Shown here piece after piece: positions 11,454 through 20,569 of a stretch of 64,000 nucleotides of DNA; positions within the stretch are counted from its first letter, which is position 1; each line of letters opens with the position of its first letter. A program made the position numbers and the translations under genes. The stretch covers positions 434,001 to 498,000 of the forward strand of contig NW_003314317.1 of NCBI RefSeq assembly GCF_000143415.4. The letters run 5' to 3'. This stretch comes from Selaginella moellendorffii. Lineage: Eukaryota > Plantae > Lycopodiophyta. The notes beneath the pieces were generated by a model. The model was not told the DNA's origin. It was given only the letters and a program-made list of their open reading frames with translations, and searched no databases.

Positions 11454-11770
11454 TGGAAGGAGCTCTCTTTTAAACCGGGAAGAGGGGGATCTGGAAAGTT
11501 GAGCTATCGGTTAGTTCCATCTTTGAGTTCCTAGAGTAGAAAAACTTCCCTGGTGTTGTTAGTTTGCAAAGAAAGCACAAACTTTAAATCGATCAATTGT
11601 TCCAGCGAGTGTTCTCGCCGTTGTTTCTACCTTCTCGCGGCTATCTACAAGGTTCTGTTTGTTATTTGGGTGATTGATCCTGGAAGTTAACGCATCGGTG
11701 CCGAGAAGGAAAAAAATGAAAACAAAACCATACCACAGTGTTTACAAACTCGAGGAGAGTGAAAGCTTTG

Positions 11771-12605
11771 TCAGCTCGGTGGTGAGTGGTGAAACTTTGC
11801 TTTGTCGAAGAGCAGACGAATGGGAGATTTCGGTGTCTTTGGAGGCGTCGTCCTCGGCGAGGTCTTGTTCTTCGCAGACTGCTTCGTAGCCTGGAACAAA
11901 AAATGATGAGAATGAAGAACAGAGGAAAAATGGTCAGAGCAAGTTACAGAAGTGATGAGTTTGTCGAACGCGTTTGGCCCATACTCCGAGATGTACTGAG
12001 CTACGGCTACTCGGGCGTCGGAGCTCATCATGCGAAGCAACTTCTTTTGCTTCTCGTTGTAGTCATACGTGTGTTCGTCGTCCAGGTGATCCTTTTGGGT
12101 TTGTATGTTGTATAGTCCTCTTCTAACGTAGTTCCTGTAGAGGAAGCAAGCACCGCGGAACTGTGGAAGTATGAGCCAGAAGATCAAAAGTATTTTGACC
12201 ATCGGCCAGATTGGAATCCTGGAACGAAAAAGTGAAGAGATCATATAAGAAAGCCCCACAAGAAATAGAGAAAGAGAAAGAACGAACTTACATTTCTAGG
12301 ACTCTGTCTGCTGCTAGCTCGAAGAGTGCTATGAAGGAATATATCACCCAGTAAGTAAGCCATTGCTCATCGTCTTCCTTGAAAGGGCTCTCAATCGCCC
12401 TGATTGATTGATACCTGGAAGAAGGAGAATGATGTTTTGGACATAGAACATCGTAGAAGGAAAAGAGGAGAACTTACAATGGATAGCCGAGCATCACAGC
12501 CGGTCTGGAATCGCGCAAAATTAGCGAAATGCTCGATAGGCACGATTGAGAAGCTTACCCGAGATAAGGCACCAAGGATTTGAGCAGCGTCAGGGTCACG
12601 CCCAT
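11771..12605 (-). CDS. HVA22: HVA22-like (TB2/DP1) protein, multi-exon
   Basis: Spliced [32 protein letters not shown]...IPIWPMVKILLIFWLILPQFRGACFLY; G-box CACGTG at 12851 upstream. Confidence 0.88.
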
Positions 12606-12941
12606 CCTGGAGAAAATCTGTGAGGAATCGCTCTGACGAGCACTCGCGGCTACAAAATCCGCGAATTCATACCTCGAAACTCCTGGAAATCGACGAGCTC
12701 CTTCGCATCAACGTCGCTGTCTCGTCTAGGGCAGCATTTGTTTTTATGCGAGCTATGCTTGTGCTTGCAGGATAGCATATTCCAGGACTGCAAGAAAAGC
12801 TATCCAACGGTATTGGAGCTGATAGAAAACTTCAACGGGCAGATCCCTGCCACGTGACCCACCCAAGAGCCCTAAGGTTTTAGGGTTCTTCATCCACTCG
12901 AATTTTCGTTTTGATTTATTTGTGGCGATGCGGTGCTGGCG

Positions 12942-15555
12942 ATGAATCTCTCGGGGATCTCGTTCGTCTGCTTGCGATTCTCGCCGCTGGTCTCATCGCT
13001 ACAGCCACTCCATGGCGCCTTAGGTAGTTTGCTTTCGATTCATTCTAAATTCTTGAAGGAGAGCTTGGCTTGCAGGGCGTCGGTAGCCTTAGCCGCGAGT
13101 AGCTATTACAGTAAAGAGATCGGCGTAGTCTTAGATCCCTGGCATTGCTACAGGAGGCCCGTAAGTGGCGATTCACAGGAAGCTGGAGAGATCAAAGTCT
13201 CGCCAAGTAAGAAATCGAGGGGCGAGAAGTCTATAGCTGTTACAAGCGACACTCACATTGCTAAATCCAGCTCAAAGAAGGCTGGGATCAAGAAGGAAAC
13301 TAAGGAGCTTTCATCTTCTTCATCCTCGGCCAAGTGTAAGAAGAAGAAAATCGAGATCGAGGCAGCCGAAGTGAAGTCCGAAACGATCAATCCTCTGGAA
13401 GGTAAGCTGCAAACTCTGGTCGTGCCTGAAAGCGTCCTTTGGCTGAAGCCGCTGCCTGTGAAGATCGAGATCCAGAAGGCAAAAGTTGGCCGAAGGAAAG
13501 AGAAGAATTCGTGAAGTCATGCCGATAGCCAGTGAGGTTTTGGAGGGTGACCTGCCGCTGAGGGTCAATTATCTTCAGCTGGAAACCAAGAAGAGAGCTG
13601 CGACAGACAACACGAATCACGAGAGCAAGCGATGCGTCCAGAAGAAGAAGAAGTTTACGCCCGACTCGGAGCTGAGGTTCAAGCTGGAGAGCTGCTCGAA
13701 AGTGGGGGACGTGACTGGAGCTTTGGACATTTACGACTCCAGCAAGGATCAAGGTGTGAAGCTGAGCCAGTATCACTACAACGTTCTCTTGTACCTGTGC
13801 TCGTCGGCTGCATTGGGAGTGATCGTTCCGGGGAAAGGCACCAGGCATCAGAAAAGTTCTTCGGAGGTAGCAGCCACCGTAGAAGACGAGGGGATTTTGT
13901 TCCGGGGAAACATGACCGCTTTGGTGCCACGAAACACCACGGGCTTGTCGCAAGAAGTGATGAAGCTGGCACTGGATAGGGGCCTGGAGATTTACGAGCG
14001 GATGAAACTCGAAGGTATCTCGGCGAACGAGGCGGCCTTCACGTCCATTGCAAGGCTCGCTGTTGCGAAACGGGATGGCGACTTGGCCTTTTCACTGGTG
14101 AAAGAGATGACAACGTCCGGGATCACTCCCAAGCTGAGGTCTTACGGTCCAGCGCTCTACACTTACTTCAAGTCCAACCAGGTTGACAAGGCGTTTGAGG
14201 TTGACGATCATATGCGCTCCTTCGGTGTCCAGCCAGAGGAGATGGAGCTCCAAATTTTGCTAGAGCTGAGCTTGAAGGCAGGACTGGACCAAAGAGTGTA
14301 CTCGGTGCTACACAGGTTGAGGCGCTCAGTGAGAGAAGTTTCTCCATCCACGGCTACTACTATTGAGAGATGGTTTTCAAGCGACGCTGCCTCGTCCAGT
14401 GGGAGTGACAAGAAGTATGACGACGAGGACGTTAGAAGAGCTCTGGCAGCACAAGGTGGTGGTGGTCTCGAACTCGGCTGGATCGGCTCCGGGGGATGGA
14501 GTGTAAAGCGCACAGCTTTGGACGCGAGCGGAGTATGCGAAAGCTGCAGGCACAAGATGGCCGCTGTCGATCTTAACGCAGAAGAAACGAACAGGTTTGC
14601 GGAGAATCTGGCTGCTCTGGCTTGTGAGAAAGAACGCGACGCAAATTCTTTCAAGGAGTTCCAGGTAAAAAGACTATCTTTCTCTTCTTTTTTATGTTAG
14701 CCATTAACTTGTAGCATATCGCAGGAGTGGATGGCCGAGCATGGACCATTTGATGCCATAGTGGATGGCGCAAACGTTGCCTTGTTCAATCAGAACTTCA
14801 GTGCTGGAGGATTCAGTTTCTCACAGGTAACTGCATGCTACATGTTCTTCCGCTGATCTCCTCTCTACTTTGTTTTGTTTTCGTAGCTGAATTCCGTCGT
14901 GACCGAGCTATCAAATCAGCATGGGAAATCACCCTTGGTGATCTTGCATAAAAGGCGCGTCACTGGAGGGCCAGCAGCTTCTCCCCAATCTCAGGAACTA
15001 TTGAAGCAGTGGACTGCAGCGAATGCTCTATATACCGCTGCGACGGGATCAAACGACGACTGGTTAGTCTTTTTTTTCTGGAGAAAACTAGAGAAGAGAT
15101 CATCTTGCCTTACAATCTTATCACTCTCCAGGTATTGGCTTTACGCCGCCGTGACGTGCAAGTGCTTGCTGGTTAGCAACGACGAGATGAGAGACCATCT
15201 CTTTCAGATGCTTGGGAACGATCTATTTCCTCGGTGGAAGGAGCGACATCAGGTAAAACTCCGAGCTTTAAGTTAGTAGAAGTTCATGTTTCTCGCAGGC
15301 TCGCTTTGGGTTCTCGAATAGCAACCCGTTTTTCGACATGCCGCCCCCATATTCTACGGTGATCCAGGTTTTACTCTCGGATTTTCTCTCTTTTTGTACG
15401 CGCTCACTGAATTCGTGCTCCAGGAATGCGAGAATGGTTCTTGGCATTTCCCGATTAGCAGAGGCAACGATGAAAATGATGAAGCCGAGGAGCCGCGCAA
15501 GCAGCCGCGATCTTGGCTTTGCATCACGCGACGAGGAAACAAAGTAATTGAATGA
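12942..15555 (+). CDS. PRORP: Proteinaceous RNase P (PPR + NYN metallonuclease), multi-exon
   Basis: PPR part (YHYNVLLYLCS, PKLRSYGPAL), CESC zinc site, and NYN motifs VDGANV, GSNDDWYWLYAA, LLVSNDEMRDH, WKERHQ, MPPPYSTVIQE, WHFP; stop at 15553-15555; start codon uncertain. Confidence 0.92.
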
Positions 15556-15614
15556 GACGAAGAAGAATTAAAATATGTTAAAAAGAAGAGGTTTTTTAGG
15601 GCTCTTCCCTGTCA

Positions 15615-17816
15615 ATGGTGAAAATCGCCAGGAGCTCAATCGAACAGAGGTTGAGGGCGTGCGTAGATCTGATCGAAGGGCAGCGCCTCCATGGCCGGGT
15701 CCGCTCCGATTTCCGCGACGACACCTTCCTCGCCAATCTGCTCGTCCAAATGTATGGGCGGTGCGGCAGCGTCAAGGACGCGCGCGCGGCATTCAAGCAG
15801 ATCGAGCACCGCGACCAATTCTCGTGGAATCTCATGCTTGGCGCTTACGTCCAGAACGGCTGCGTCGCCGACGCCAAGAAGATGTTCGATCGGATGAAGC
15901 GGCGAGACATCGTCTCGTGGACGACGGTCATGGCAGCATTTGCCCAATGCGGGCAATTGCAGGAGGCCGAGCGAATGCTCCACCGGATGCCAAATCTTAG
16001 CGCCGTGTCGTGGAATTCGATCATCGCGGGCTACGCGCAAGCTGGAAACGCTCGATCAGCGAAGGCGTTGTTCGATCAAATGCCTGTGGTGGATGAGATC
16101 TCTTGGGCAACGCTCATCGCGGCAAATGCCCAAAAGGGGCATTCTTCCCAGGCCAAAGAAGTCTTTGATGAGATGCCCTCTCGCAATGTATTTGCCTGGA
16201 CGGCGCTCATCCAAGCGCTCGCGGAGGACGGCTATGGCGGCCACGCGATGCGCGCGTTCGAGGCGATGCCGGGCAGGAACTCCGTGGCGTGCAATGCGAT
16301 GATGCGCGCGCTGGCCGAGGCCGGCGATCCGGACGGCGCCAAGAGGGTCTTTGATGACAACCTGGATCGCAGCGTGGTGTCGTGGACGTCGCTCTTCCAG
16401 GGATTGCTCTCCTGGCAGCGGCCGCTCGAGGAGGCGGAGGAGATCTTCGCGCGCTGCCCTGCCAGGGACGCCGTGCTCTGGAATTCGATGCTCGCGGCCC
16501 ACGCCGCCAGGCCGCAATCGATCGCTGCGGCAAAAGCCCTCTTTCGCCGGATGCCTGGGAAGAACGTCGTGTCCTGGACGACGATGATCTCCGCCTACGT
16601 CGCCGCTGGAGACCTCCGCCGCGCGGATCGCGTCTTCTCGCGGATGCCCTGGCACGACGCCGTGGTCTGGAACGCGATGATCGCCGGATACGCGAGCAAG
16701 GCCAGGGTGGATCGCGCCGAGGAGCTCTTCGCTCGAATGCCCGGGTGGAATCCCACGTCGTGGTATCTCATGATCGCGGCGTATGCACACAATGGCCACT
16801 GCTCCAGCGCGATCGAGCTCTTCCGGCTCATGAATCTGGATGGGACGAACGCCGCCAGCGAGTTCTTGTTCGTGAGCTTGCTGGGGGCTTGCAGCCACAA
16901 GGGGACGATCGAGGAGGGGTGGGGGATCTTCCGGGAGATGGTGGGCGATTTTGGAGTGGTGGCGATCAAGGAGCACTACTGCGCGATGATCGATGTGCTG
17001 GGGCGGGCGGGGAAGCTGCGCGAGGCGGAGGAGCTGGCGGAGACGATGCCTTTCCTGGCGGACGAGGCGGCGTGGGGGAGCTTGCTCGCGGCGTGTAAGG
17101 CGGTGGAGAGCGAGTATGGTGTGGAGGTGGCGAGGAGAGCTGCGGCCAAGGTTATGGAGCTCAGCACCGAGAAGGCGTCGCCATATCTCGCGCTGGCGAG
17201 TGTCTACGTTGGGATCGACAAGGGGGGTGGCAAAGCTGTGGAGAGTTCTTCGATGGATTCTTCTTCCAAGGCTGTGGTAGCAGGGGAGAGTTCTTCCGGA
17301 TCGATTGAGGAGGATTTGACGGAGAGCTCTTTGATGGATTCTTCTTCTAAGGGAGTGGTAGCAGGGGAGAGTTCTTCCAGATCGATAGAGGAGGATTTGA
17401 TGGCGAATGGAGAAGATGGTGGATTGAAAGCAAGCAGTGATGGGGAGGACGATGGAGAAGATGGCGACGAGGGGGTTGACAATTCTGTGGAGAGTTCTTC
17501 GATAGCAGGGGAAAGTTCTTCCAGATCGATTGATTTGATGGCGAAGTCTTCTAGTGGAGAAGGAGAAGACGATGGTGGATTGAGAGCAAGCAGTGATGGG
17601 GGGGAGGACGGAGAAGATGGAGCTCCTGCAATGCTTGGAGGAGATGATTGTGGATCGTCGTCTCGAGCAGTAGCGAGTGGGGAAAGTTTTGTAGGCGAGG
17701 ATGGATCTAACGCATCTTCGCAAACTTCTTCTTCTAGACGACGAGAAACTATTGCTATTGTCGAAGATGGTGGAAACGCTAGAACTCGGGGCAGGAAAAG
17801 GAGAAAAACGTTGTAA
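15615..17816 (+). CDS. PLS-class PPR protein with an E domain and an acidic Ser-rich repetitive C-terminal tail
   Basis: LLVQMYGRCGSVKDAR, short repeats, EHYCAMIDVLGRAGKL...AWGSLLAAC; then a ~200-aa low-complexity tail ending RGRKRRKTL. Confidence 0.88.
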   Translation: MVKIARSSIEQRLRACVDLIEGQRLHGRVRSDFRDDTFLANLLVQMYGRCGSVKDARAAFKQIEHRDQFSWNLMLGAYVQNGCVADAKKMFDRMKRRDIVSWTTVMAAFAQCGQLQEAERMLHRMPNLSAVSWNSIIAGYAQAGNARSAKALFDQMPVVDEISWATLIAANAQKGHSSQAKEVFDEMPSRNVFAWTALIQALAEDGYGGHAMRAFEAMPGRNSVACNAMMRALAEAGDPDGAKRVFDDNLDRSVVSWTSLFQGLLSWQRPLEEAEEIFARCPARDAVLWNSMLAAHAARPQSIAAAKALFRRMPGKNVVSWTTMISAYVAAGDLRRADRVFSRMPWHDAVVWNAMIAGYASKARVDRAEELFARMPGWNPTSWYLMIAAYAHNGHCSSAIELFRLMNLDGTNAASEFLFVSLLGACSHKGTIEEGWGIFREMVGDFGVVAIKEHYCAMIDVLGRAGKLREAEELAETMPFLADEAAWGSLLAACKAVESEYGVEVARRAAAKVMELSTEKASPYLALASVYVGIDKGGGKAVESSSMDSSSKAVVAGESSSGSIEEDLTESSLMDSSSKGVVAGESSSRSIEEDLMANGEDGGLKASSDGEDDGEDGDEGVDNSVESSSIAGESSSRSIDLMAKSSSGEGEDDGGLRASSDGGEDGEDGAPAMLGGDDCGSSSRAVASGESFVGEDGSNASSQTSSSRRRETIAIVEDGGNARTRGRKRRKTL

Positions 17817-18128
17817 CAGCGCATTTTTTTGTTCCAGCTCTCTTTCGCGGGTCTTTTAAAGATAACATGTCAGCCCTATCTTTATTATCTTACAATAATT
17901 GAGGTTTGTATCATAATTACTTGATTAGTAACATGATCAACCTAAACTAGCCCCTCTAGCCTGAGAGGGCCAAAACGATTGTCATGTGAACCAAGACTTT
18001 TGATATTATAGAGCAAAGAAGGCTGCCAGGGGACGACCAGCCACTTATTTTATCCAATACGCAAGACTTTAGTAAACATTGATAAAAAAACCACCACCAT
18101 TTGCAAACCAAGTAAAAGTGCTTATTGC

Positions 18129-19235
18129 TTAAACAAGCTGGACGTTGACAAGATCAGTATATTTTTCTTGATCTTCCTCGACCAAGAGCTGCTTCCACGC
18201 CCCGTCACTCCATTCCATGAGTTTATACCACTTTGTTGGCTTGAGCAACGCGATATAAACCTTGTCATTCCTAGCCTTGATGCTAAACTTCACCGTAGTT
18301 GGATCAAAAACTTCTGGATCATCGATTCCTCTCAAGCATGCAACCTCCTTGAAACTACCCTCCGCTACTTTCAAAAGCCTGAGTAGCCCGTGCATGGGAT
18401 CATATCGAGCAACTAAGAAACCATCCTGCCACTTCTCAAGCCTGATGTCTATGGGTCTACACTCCCCAGTGACAGCACGGCCAAGCTTTACAATGATCTT
18501 GTAATTTTCATCTTCTTGCTCGTCGTACTTGACCACCCGATTAGCTTTCAACCCATACCATCCACCCCCGTCCGTAATCAGGCTGTTCACATAATACTCT
18601 ACCGTTCCATCAATTTCCTCCCATCCATTCCTGCTTGAGTCGAAGACCGACAAAAAGTGCCATGGTGTAAACCCCATAAAAGAGATCATAGGTACAAGAA
18701 GCTGGTATCGTCGTGTGTCATTCTTGTCGAGCACTATGGCCATTCCACCCTGGGCAATAGTTCCGTAGGATTCAAAACTAGGCAAAACCTTCACCTGTTT
18801 GCTGAAAAGATCGCACACAAATACTGTCCATACAGCACTGAATTGCTGCCAACTTGCAAATAAGAAGCAGGCAAGATTACTCTCGCGATCGTAGGCCATA
18901 CAGCTTTCATAGGTGAGAGGACCAAACCCTTGCTTGACATTTTGCCTGGACACAAAGTCCATCAAAAAGTGCAACGGCATCCTCTTGAATAATAATTCCC
19001 CATCACGACTTCTTGGAAGAACAAGGGAAAGCTGGATCAAATTCTTAACCTCGAGCTCCTCCTGACTAAAAGTTGCACTTGCCTGGACTTGCCAACAACA
19101 GGAGCTTAGAATTCTACGCACAGACGCTGCCCACTCCTTAGAAACCAATCTCACACTTCCCAAATCCTCTATCGGAAGCATCTCTAAAATATCCCTGAGG
19201 AATAGCCTAAAAACTTCTTCCCACATCGCTTCCAT
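18129..19235 (-). CDS. F-box-like protein (intronless)
   Basis: N-terminal LRDILEMLPIEDLGSVRLVSKEW fits an F-box; beta-rich C-terminal region (VFVCDLFSKQVKVLP, VFDSSRNGW). Confidence 0.7.
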   Translation of the reverse strand: MEAMWEEVFRLFLRDILEMLPIEDLGSVRLVSKEWAASVRRILSSCCWQVQASATFSQEELEVKNLIQLSLVLPRSRDGELLFKRMPLHFLMDFVSRQNVKQGFGPLTYESCMAYDRESNLACFLFASWQQFSAVWTVFVCDLFSKQVKVLPSFESYGTIAQGGMAIVLDKNDTRRYQLLVPMISFMGFTPWHFLSVFDSSRNGWEEIDGTVEYYVNSLITDGGGWYGLKANRVVKYDEQEDENYKIIVKLGRAVTGECRPIDIRLEKWQDGFLVARYDPMHGLLRLLKVAEGSFKEVACLRGIDDPEVFDPTTVKFSIKARNDKVYIALLKPTKWYKLMEWSDGAWKQLLVEEDQEKYTDLVNVQLV

Positions 19236-19443
19236 CGTTCTCTACCTAGGCCTCAGGGCAAATTAACTTATAATAATAGACGCGTAAGAACGTATGGATC
19301 TAACGCATCTTCGCAAAGTTAGGCGACGAGAAATTGTCGAAGATGGTGGAAAAACTAGAACTCGAGGCACAGAGAAAAACGTTGTAACAGAGCATTTTCT
19401 TTTGTTCTTGGCAAGATCTCGTGAAGTTGAAAGTAGGGTTCTT

Positions 19444-19993
19444 TCAGCGCATTGTTTGCACGGGTGGCCTGTCCGTAGGCATCCACCAGGTTGGATCGTT
19501 TGGAATTTTCTCCTTGTTGGGGGGAATCACTTGCCCTTTGTATCTGGAGGCAACGTAGCCCTCTGGAACCCAAAATCCCGTCTTTGGGTCCCTGATCCAC
19601 CAGCTCTCTTTGGCGTGTGGGATTTTCTTCTTCTTCATCTCTTCCTCATTGGGCCCAATAATCATGCGTTTCTCCTGTGGATTTCTAGCCGATTTTTTCT
19701 TTCCCTTGCCCGATGGCGGCGATCTCGAGCGAGACTTCCCTTTCTTTCCACCGCTCTTGGTGGCTAAACCCCTGCCGCTCCTGCTGGTTGGATCGCAAAT
19801 TCGGAGAGCCTTTCGTTCGTCATCTCGCGTGAATGGAATTTCTCGCTCTATATGCTACTGACCTCGAATAACAGCAATCGTCCCATCTCGCGCAGCTCGG
19901 GCCCATGAAATCCCATGGCGAGAAGCGTTGCAACACATTCCTGCGAAGGGATCGCTCGAAATTTCTGGCCACAGCCCCGGATTGCCCTGCCAT
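19444..19993 (-). CDS. Second LEA_3-like protein, probably 2 exons
   Basis: W-motif WWIRDPKTGFWVPEG. An upstream exon MAGQSGAVARNFERSLRRNVLQRF... can splice (GTCAGT at 19862, phase 2) into RSGRGLAT; the exon model is tentative. Confidence 0.6.
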
Positions 19994-20109
19994 CGATCAC
20001 CACGGCCCCAAAACAATTCGAATGGGGTTCGCGCCAAAGGGTATAACACGTCAGCCCTATCTCTAAAATGTGATAATTATTACCATAATATTTTATTTAA
20101 GTTTTATTA

Positions 20110-20183
20110 GCTGGAATAGCTCAGATGGTCAGAGCGTGTGGCTGTTAACCACAAGGTCGGAGGTTCGATCCCTCTTTCCAGCG
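20110..20183 (+). tRNA. trnN: tRNA-Asn(GTT)
   Basis: GCTGGAATAGCTCAGATGGTCAGAGCGTGTGGCTGTTAACCACAAGGTCGGAGGTTCGATCCCTCTTTCCAGCG; complete cloverleaf. Confidence 0.95.
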
Positions 20184-20254
20184 TGAATTATGAAAAGTAA
20201 TATTAAAAATTTTACCTATAATTTTTACCATAATTATGTGATTAGATTTTATAA

Positions 20255-20328
20255 GCTGGAATAGCTCAGATGGTCAGAGCGTGTGGCTGTTAACCACAAG
20301 GTCGAAGGTTCGATCCCTCCTTCCAGCG
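20255..20328 (+). tRNA. trnN: tRNA-Asn(GTT), second tandem copy
   Basis: Near-identical copy 145 bp downstream; one A-C mismatch in the T stem. Confidence 0.88.
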
Positions 20329-20394
20329 TAAATTAAATTGAATATGGTAAATTACAATTACAATTATTACCATAAATATGTCATTAGATTTATA

Positions 20395-20427
20395 AGCTGT
20401 TAACCGGTTCGATCGCTTTTTCCAGCG
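20395..20427 (+). pseudogene. Internally deleted third tRNA-Asn copy
   Basis: GCTG-TTAACC-GGTTCGATC-GCTTTTTCCAGCG, preceded by the same 'attagattt(t)ataa' leader as copy 2. Confidence 0.75.
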
Positions 20428-20569
20428 CAATTTTACTCTTTCAATCTTGGCGCAGCCCTAGGAATGCGCGGTAAGCATCGATCCATTCCAACTTGCCCTG
20501 GCGATTCGAGCCATGGCAAGGGCCGCGGGGCAGCAGCACAAAGATCTCTCTCCCCAATGCGCGGTAAGC

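Noticed and set aside
5418-20328. Functional clustering of PRORP with tRNA genes
   Set aside because: They are several kb apart with unrelated genes between, and tRNA genes are common; there is no evidence beyond proximity.
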